Source of the DNA: Blastocatellia bacterium | GTDB taxonomy: Bacteria; Acidobacteriota; Blastocatellia; UBA7656 | Direction: 5' to 3' | Length of the DNA stretch: 64,000 nt | Assembly (NCBI GenBank): GCA_963765495.1 | Contig: CAVXWP010000012.1 | Span: 32,001 to 96,000 of the forward strand | Part shown: piece after piece, positions 58,330 through 64,000 of the stretch | Layout of the letters: every line of letters begins with the position of its first letter | Numbering within the stretch: the stretch's first letter is position 1 | Program-made: the position numbers and the translations under genes | The notes under the pieces: generated by a model | Seen by the model: the letters and a program-made list of their open reading frames with translations, nothing else | The model's database searches: none | Told to the model about the DNA's origin: nothing

Positions 58330-58403
58330 GGCCCTGAGAAGAGAGAAGTGCAGGAGTTTGAGGATAGACCCAATTCCGCCATAAAAACGATCTGGAGGCC
58401 ATT

Positions 58404-59708
58404 TCAAGCCTCCAGACGTGGCCGCTCGGCGCGGTTCATCTGTTTTATTTCGATCAAACGGTCATCGGCCCGCAGCAACTCATCGATGTTGCTCTGTATT
58501 TTCATAATGGCTTCGACAATCTGATCTACATCCTCTTCGCTTCCAAGCAGCACTTGATGCGGAATCCAGACCGATTCCCGATAGGCGGCGCGTTCAGAAA
58601 TCGGACAGTGGGTTTTCGCCCACGGTAAATCGTTACTGCTTTGACTTGCGAGCGCGGGAAAATCTCGCGGATCAACGTGAAAAAGCACACTCCGATAGAC
58701 AGGTTCATAAAACAGCCCATCCGAAGGGATGCCTTCGGCCTCAAGCGCCGCAACGAACCTGTCACGAGGTGCTCCGGAAAAAGCCTCCGCATCATACTTG
58801 AAAACGAATTGATAGATGGCCTGTGTCGTCAGTCGTTCATCTTTTCTAAGCAGCGAAATGCCGGGGACACTCGCCAGCCCTTCCGAAAGCCTCTTTGCGC
58901 GCGATGCGCGCAGTTCTGTCTGTTCGGGCAGCCGGTCAAGTTGAGCAAGCAGGATAGCGGCCTGAAATTCCGTCATTCGATAATTGTATCCGAGCATGCG
59001 ATGCTTAAAGCGGTCTGTTTGACTCGCTCGTCCGCAATTCACGTAAGACTGGCAACGCTCAAAAATTTCATCATCGCCGGTTGTGACCGCGCCACCTTCA
59101 CCTGCGGTCATAAGCTTTGTTGTTTGCATGCTGAATGAGCCGGCATCGCCAAATGAGCCCGCGCCTTTATTGCGCCATTTGGCTCCGTGAGCGTGCGCGC
59201 AATCTTCGATGATCTTCAAGCCGCACCGTGCGGCAAGCTCGGCGAGTGCGTCCATATCAGCCATGCTCATTGCGAGGTGAACCGGAATCATCGCTCGCGT
59301 ACGAGAGGTGACTGCCGCCGCCGCCGCCGCCGCGTCGATGCAGTATGTGTCCGGCAATACGTCCACGAAGACCGGGACCCCGCCAAGTTTGAGTACGGGC
59401 GCGGCCGAGGCTTCAAATGTATATGCCGGAACGATGACCTCATCGCCCGGTTTGAGGTCGATTGCCTTGAGCGCGATCTCGAGCGTGACCGTTCCGTTTG
59501 CCGCGCACAGGGCGTGTTTTGCGTCCTGATATTGGGCAAACCGCTCGCTGAAAAGCTCGGCCCGCTGATTCGGGAAAGGGTAGCCGCCCCAGTTGCGGCT
59601 CTCTAAAACCTCCATGACGGCCCGTTTCTCTCTATCATCAAACTGCGGCCATTCAGTGAAGGGCTTCGTCCTCACAGGAGCGCCTCCGGCAATTGCGAGT
59701 TTGGCCAT
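58404..59708 (-). CDS. DegT/DnrJ/EryC1/StrS PLP aminotransferase (inosose aminotransferase-like)
   Basis: NGT, EDCAHAHG, SFSMQTTK.MTAGEGG and GYNYRM motifs. Confidence 0.92.
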   Translation of the reverse strand: MAKLAIAGGAPVRTKPFTEWPQFDDREKRAVMEVLESRNWGGYPFPNQRAELFSERFAQYQDAKHALCAANGTVTLEIALKAIDLKPGDEVIVPAYTFEASAAPVLKLGGVPVFVDVLPDTYCIDAAAAAAAVTSRTRAMIPVHLAMSMADMDALAELAARCGLKIIEDCAHAHGAKWRNKGAGSFGDAGSFSMQTTKLMTAGEGGAVTTGDDEIFERCQSYVNCGRASQTDRFKHRMLGYNYRMTEFQAAILLAQLDRLPEQTELRASRAKRLSEGLASVPGISLLRKDERLTTQAIYQFVFKYDAEAFSGAPRDRFVAALEAEGIPSDGLFYEPVYRSVLFHVDPRDFPALASQSSNDLPWAKTHCPISERAAYRESVWIPHQVLLGSEEDVDQIVEAIMKIQSNIDELLRADDRLIEIKQMNRAERPRLEA

Positions 59709-59723
59709 TATTCCTCCTATGAC

Positions 59724-61127
59724 TTATTCGACGACCGCTTCAGCAGCCTGTGCGAATGGCCAGCGGCGCGACCGCCACGACCAGATGAAGAAAAATGCTA
59801 CGCCGAGACCGAGCGTCCCCAACCCAAAAAGGATGATATACAGGTCCGAAGTCGCAAAGATAAATACCCACCCGATCAATGCGATAACGCTCGGGACAGG
59901 ATATAGCCAGATTCGATACGGGCGCGGAAGCTCGGGATTGCGTTTCCTGAGCAATGCCACGGCCAGAATCTGGCCGATAAACTGGATGAGTATTCTCGTA
60001 GTTATCAACGCGTCGATGACTACTCCGAGCGAGACAAAGCTACACGCAATCGAAATGATGCCAATTACGATCAGCGAAACGTAAGGGAAGTTTTTCTTAG
60101 GATGAAGTCGACCAAATACTTTGAAGAAATATCCATCCTGAGCAGCGGCATAAGGGATGCGCGAGTATCCCAGCAGTAAGGCGAAGACCGATCCGAAAGC
60201 CGTCCACAAGATCATGGCCGTGAACGCTGTCGCCACCCTCGAACCATAAATCTTTTCCATAAAGGTCGAGACAACAAAGTCGGCACCGGGATGCGTCTCG
60301 TAAGGAACAAACTCGCGCCAGGGCACTACGCCTATGATGGAGAGGTTTATCGCGAAATAGATCAACGCCACCGCAAGCAGGCTGATGATTATCGAGCGAG
60401 GTATGACGACGCCGGGATTCTTAACTTCATCGCCGATGTAGCAAATATCGTAATAGCCGAGATAGTCATACACGCCGATGCGGGTTGCCGCGCCCAGACC
60501 GAGAAGAAAGCCCAGGGAAAAATTGAAGCCGCCCGGTGGAAAATCAAACGCCAGATTCGGGTCGAAATGCATTGCCCCCGTGACGATCACCGCGCCGGTT
60601 GTGAGCAGCGTCCCCGCCCAAAGGCTCACCGTGATTTTGCCAATCGAAGTTATCTTGCGATACAGCAGCGCAATGTTTATCAAGCCGACGCTTGAAGCAA
60701 CCATCGCGGTTTGAAAAGGCGTGACTGCGGGCCACACGTAACCCGTGTATTTTGCGAAGCCGATATAGCCTGATGCGATCTCGAGGGGACCGCTCAAGAT
60801 AAATTGCCAGATGAATAAGAATGCCATCAACCGGCCATAGGTTTCGCGGCCATACCCCTCACGCAGATAGAGGTAGGTGCCACCCGATCCGGGCATAGCA
60901 GCGCCGAGTTCACTCCACACCATCCCATCGGGTATGGCTATGATAACGGCCAGAAACCACCCCAGCATTGCCTGCGGCCCGCCGAGCGCCGACATCAGCA
61001 ACGGGATCGTGATGAATGGCCCGATGCCTATCATATTCGACATATTCAGCGCTGTAGCCTGCAAAAGCCCAAACCGCCGCAGCAAGTGAGGGGATTCGCC
61101 CTGGTTTGGTGTCGGTTTTGGTTCCAT
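59724..61127 (-). CDS. APC superfamily permease
   Basis: NMIGIGPF, ELGAAMPGSGG, YLGY...GDEVKNP; about 12 TM helices. Confidence 0.92.
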   Translation of the reverse strand: MEPKPTPNQGESPHLLRRFGLLQATALNMSNMIGIGPFITIPLLMSALGGPQAMLGWFLAVIIAIPDGMVWSELGAAMPGSGGTYLYLREGYGRETYGRLMAFLFIWQFILSGPLEIASGYIGFAKYTGYVWPAVTPFQTAMVASSVGLINIALLYRKITSIGKITVSLWAGTLLTTGAVIVTGAMHFDPNLAFDFPPGGFNFSLGFLLGLGAATRIGVYDYLGYYDICYIGDEVKNPGVVIPRSIIISLLAVALIYFAINLSIIGVVPWREFVPYETHPGADFVVSTFMEKIYGSRVATAFTAMILWTAFGSVFALLLGYSRIPYAAAQDGYFFKVFGRLHPKKNFPYVSLIVIGIISIACSFVSLGVVIDALITTRILIQFIGQILAVALLRKRNPELPRPYRIWLYPVPSVIALIGWVFIFATSDLYIILFGLGTLGLGVAFFFIWSWRSRRWPFAQAAEAVVE

Positions 61128-61169
61128 TTGCCTCCACGTTTATGAATCACACGAGTCTGAACTTCAACC

Positions 61170-64000
61170 TTACTTCACTTCAAAATCATAGAGATTTTCT
61201 GACAACCGCTTGCCCTCGTGATCAAAGACTTCGGTGCGAATCTCATACTTTCCTGCGCTCGCCGGTTTCCATTGCAAATCACTCAGTTTTACGGAAGAGT
61301 CTGCCCTAATGTCAGCTTTCAACTCACTTGCCGCGACCGCAGCCCCGCTTGAATTAATAACCTTCCATCTGATCCGCGCTCCGGGAATTGCGAACCAGTG
61401 ATCATTGATTACCCAGAGACCGCAACGGACATCTTCGCCTGCTCGCCACGTATCGCGGTCGTATTCGAGACTTGCGAGCACCATCTGAAAGCTTCGCTGG
61501 ACTGTGAAATAAGATTTCGTCGGCTTGCGAAAATAATCGAGCGCGGCCATAGTCACCGACGGCCAGAAATCTATCGCATGGAAATGAAGTATTCCCCCTG
61601 CATCGTACTTGCGCCGCCGCATCCGCTCTATGGCGAGTTGATGAAGCCTTGCAACATAAGCCTGAGTCTGCGGAATGTACTCTTTGAGCGTTTTGCCGTC
61701 CGGGCGACCCCACGCGCGCATAGCCTCGCTGATCTGTAGCTTGCGGAAGATCCACTCTTCCCTGTGATCTTCGATAGGCCAGTGGTCTGGGAGAAATTGC
61801 ATCAAGGTTTCGTAATTCGGCAACGCGGTAGCGCCAAGCTCGGAGATGAATTTCTCTTCCGTCGTTGTGTACTCCCAGATGCTGCCGCCGTACCATCCAT
61901 AGTAAATGTGACCGTCGCCATACCGGCCAGTGGAACGCACGACAGCCCGGCGTTCTTCATCGCATGCATATAACCGCCCAGCCAGGTGCTTCGTGAGCAC
62001 GCGATAGTTTTCCAGGTCCTCTTCGTCGCACGTTGCCCAGATAGCCACGCTGGGGTGATTGCGTACCATCCGAATGTGATTGTCGTAAAGTCGCGCCGCC
62101 TGTAACGCGAACTCCTCGTCCTGCGGATACCAGGCTTCGAGGAAATCCTGCCATACCATTATCCCGATCTCGTCGCACAGGTCATAAAACTCGGGGTTCT
62201 GAAAATGGCAATGCAGACGAACCATGTTGATGTTCATGCTCTTCATAAGATTTATATCCCGCTCGTACTTCTCGCGGTTCATCTCTGACATGAAAAGCTC
62301 AAGATAGTAAGAATTGGTCCCGCGAATATATACCCGGCGACCATTGAGATAAAAAATCCAGCCGACTTTTTCTATCTCGCGTATGCCGACGGCCTGCGAG
62401 CGATAATCGGAAACCTGTCCATCTATAAACACTCGCGTAGATAGCGTATAGAGATTTGGCTTGCCGTGGTCCCACGTCCACCATAACTGCGGCTTCTTTA
62501 AGTGAAATCTGACATGAACCTGACGCGCATTCCCGTCACTGAGACGAGTGAGATCAACTATTGCCTTCAATTGCTCTCCGCCTGAAAAATTGCGCGGCAA
62601 TAGTGTGAGCTCCAGGCTGCCTTTCATACTTTCGGCTCTCAGAGCCACTTCCACGTCAACATCTGCCGATCCGTCTTGATTTAAAGAAGGCCGGGTGACT
62701 ACCGCGTCAATGAGAACCGAGTCGTTTGCGACGAGACGGACGGGGCGAGTGATGCCAAGAGGAGTGATGTTATCGGGCTTTTGATCCACGGCCCCATAAG
62801 ACCCTTTGATGGTGTAGGGACGATGCCGCCAGTAATAATCAACCGGAGTCCATACGCGCACGGCTATGACATTTTCGCCATCGAGATTCAGCTTATCTCC
62901 AACTTCAAACTCGTATGGATCAATGTAGCCTTCGTGACGTCCAAGCTTTTTTCCGTTGAGCCAGATGTCGGCATAGTAATCCGTCGCGCCGAATTGTAAA
63001 CGCAGGCGCTTCCCTTCCAAACCGGCCGGCACGCGGAACCGCTTGCGATACCACCACTCTTTGAAGCTGATCCATTCGGCTTCGTGCGAATAGTAGACGG
63101 GATATTTTAAGATTTGAGTGTGAACAGAGCCCGGCACCTCTACTGTCTGCCAATCTGAATCGTCTAAACCGGCTTCAAAAAGTCTCTCTGGTTCACCCTG
63201 CCCTTTTTCTCTATGTTGAAGCTTCCACGCCCCATCGAGAGGAAGCTCGATCACTCCTGATGTGACGCCCTCCGCAGGACTGTTCTTAAATGGTCCCGAT
63301 TCAACGCGGTAAGCAGCCGTCTTCAAAGCGGGCGTATAAGCGGGGTATTTGGCAAGCGGCTGCGGGTCGAGCGTGAAGGCAAGGATCGGTTGCGCAAATC
63401 TGCGATAGCAAGCGCGAGCCTCAAGCAGCGTCTCGGTTCCTTTCCATCTCGGAAAGGTTATCGCGATTTGAGAAGACCACCCCGCCGCGTGCTCAATTAA
63501 ATCTGGCCGGTTTATCGCCGCAATTCCTGTTTGCGCCGCTCGCGGAGGACCTGCACCAATATCTCTCACGGCGTAGAGTTGTCGAGTGCCTACATCAAAC
63601 CACTTTAGCGCAGAATCGAGTTCGATAAAGCCCAGAGCGCCATAGTTATCCTGCGGATTATAGTAAAGAATATGGCCGCCGGGAAGATCGTCAAAATCCT
63701 GCGCGCGGATCAGAAAATTTTGTGAAATGATCTTCTTATGCGGCGGATTGTCTGTCTCCCAGCCGTCAGGCCAGCCGACTTCCTCTCCATCTGCCCAGTG
63801 TGTAAAGGGTACGTAAGGAAAAGCCGAAAGAGCCGAAAAGAAGAAACCATAATTCCCCGCCCTGCTTTCAGCCCGCGCGCGCCAGACAAGAACCGGACTG
63901 TTGGAGTACCATTCAAATTCCCATTCTTCCGGGTCTGTTCCGAGGCGCGCTCCCTTGAGCCGGACTCGCGCACGCAGAGGGCCGGATTCAATAATCTCAA
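61170..64000 (-). CDS. Large GH2-family glycoside hydrolase (beta-mannosidase/exo-beta-glucosaminidase-like) with extra N-terminal domain; 5' end outside the window
   Basis: [30 protein letters not shown] and SELG motifs. Manual translation shows the frame stays open past 63569 to the window edge ([14 protein letters not shown]...). Confidence 0.88.
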   Translation of the reverse strand, partial: EIIESGPLRARVRLKGARLGTDPEEWEFEWYSNSPVLVWRARAESRAGNYGFFFSALSAFPYVPFTHWADGEEVGWPDGWETDNPPHKKIISQNFLIRAQDFDDLPGGHILYYNPQDNYGALGFIELDSALKWFDVGTRQLYAVRDIGAGPPRAAQTGIAAINRPDLIEHAAGWSSQIAITFPRWKGTETLLEARACYRRFAQPILAFTLDPQPLAKYPAYTPALKTAAYRVESGPFKNSPAEGVTSGVIELPLDGAWKLQHREKGQGEPERLFEAGLDDSDWQTVEVPGSVHTQILKYPVYYSHEAEWISFKEWWYRKRFRVPAGLEGKRLRLQFGATDYYADIWLNGKKLGRHEGYIDPYEFEVGDKLNLDGENVIAVRVWTPVDYYWRHRPYTIKGSYGAVDQKPDNITPLGITRPVRLVANDSVLIDAVVTRPSLNQDGSADVDVEVALRAESMKGSLELTLLPRNFSGGEQLKAIVDLTRLSDGNARQVHVRFHLKKPQLWWTWDHGKPNLYTLSTRVFIDGQVSDYRSQAVGIREIEKVGWIFYLNGRRVYIRGTNSYYLELFMSEMNREKYERDINLMKSMNINMVRLHCHFQNPEFYDLCDEIGIMVWQDFLEAWYPQDEEFALQAARLYDNHIRMVRNHPSVAIWATCDEEDLENYRVLTKHLAGRLYACDEERRAVVRSTGRYGDGHIYYGWYGGSIWEYTTTEEKFISELGATALPNYETLMQFLPDHWPIEDHREEWIFRKLQISEAMRAWGRPDGKTLKEYIPQTQAYVARLHQLAIERMRRRKYDAGGILHFHAIDFWPSVTMAALDYFRKPTKSYFTVQRSFQMVLASLEYDRDTWRAGEDVRCGLWVINDHWFAIPGARIRWKVINSSGAAVAASELKADIRADSSVKLSDLQWKPASAGKYEIRTEVFDHEGKRLSENLYDFEVK

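Noticed and set aside
59313-59333. (GCC)n trinucleotide run
   Set aside because: It encodes a poly-Ala stretch in the aminotransferase, stays in frame and is unremarkable.
63710-64000. Separate 96-aa ORF and the AAAAGCCGAAAGAGCCGAAAAG repeat
   Set aside because: The region is the in-frame upstream continuation of the GH2 gene in another frame; the repeat simply encodes FSALSAF.

Overview
A gene-dense, moderately GC-rich bacterial chromosome segment. The gene repertoire (kinase-TolB-like-TPR protein, ADOP permease remnant, many ECF sigma/anti-sigma pairs) suggests Acidobacteriota, probably Blastocatellia-like; this is inference. Housekeeping content: yceD-rpmF-plsX-fabD-acpP-fabF, etfB-etfA-ETF:QO, treY, ROK kinase, cell-wall enzymes, three ECF loci and a GH2/APC permease/DegT locus running off the right edge. 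The most striking non-coding signals are: (1) a tRNA-Leu(UAA) split by a 229-nt group I intron; (2) a c-di-GMP-I riboswitch whose P3 stem is extended by a ~130-nt inverted heptamer-repeat insertion, upstream of a lytic transglycosylase; (3) a dispersed family of intergenic elements, each built from a different 7-mer (or ~9-mer) tandem array followed by its inverted copy, several overlapping stop codons inside operons. Also noted: a -1 frameshift at a canonical A_AAA_AAC heptamer, a probably catalytically dead DegP homologue, and an O-antigen ligase with a PDZ insertion. No CRISPR array, rRNA, transposase or phage gene was recognised. All calls come from reading the sequence; no database searches were run.
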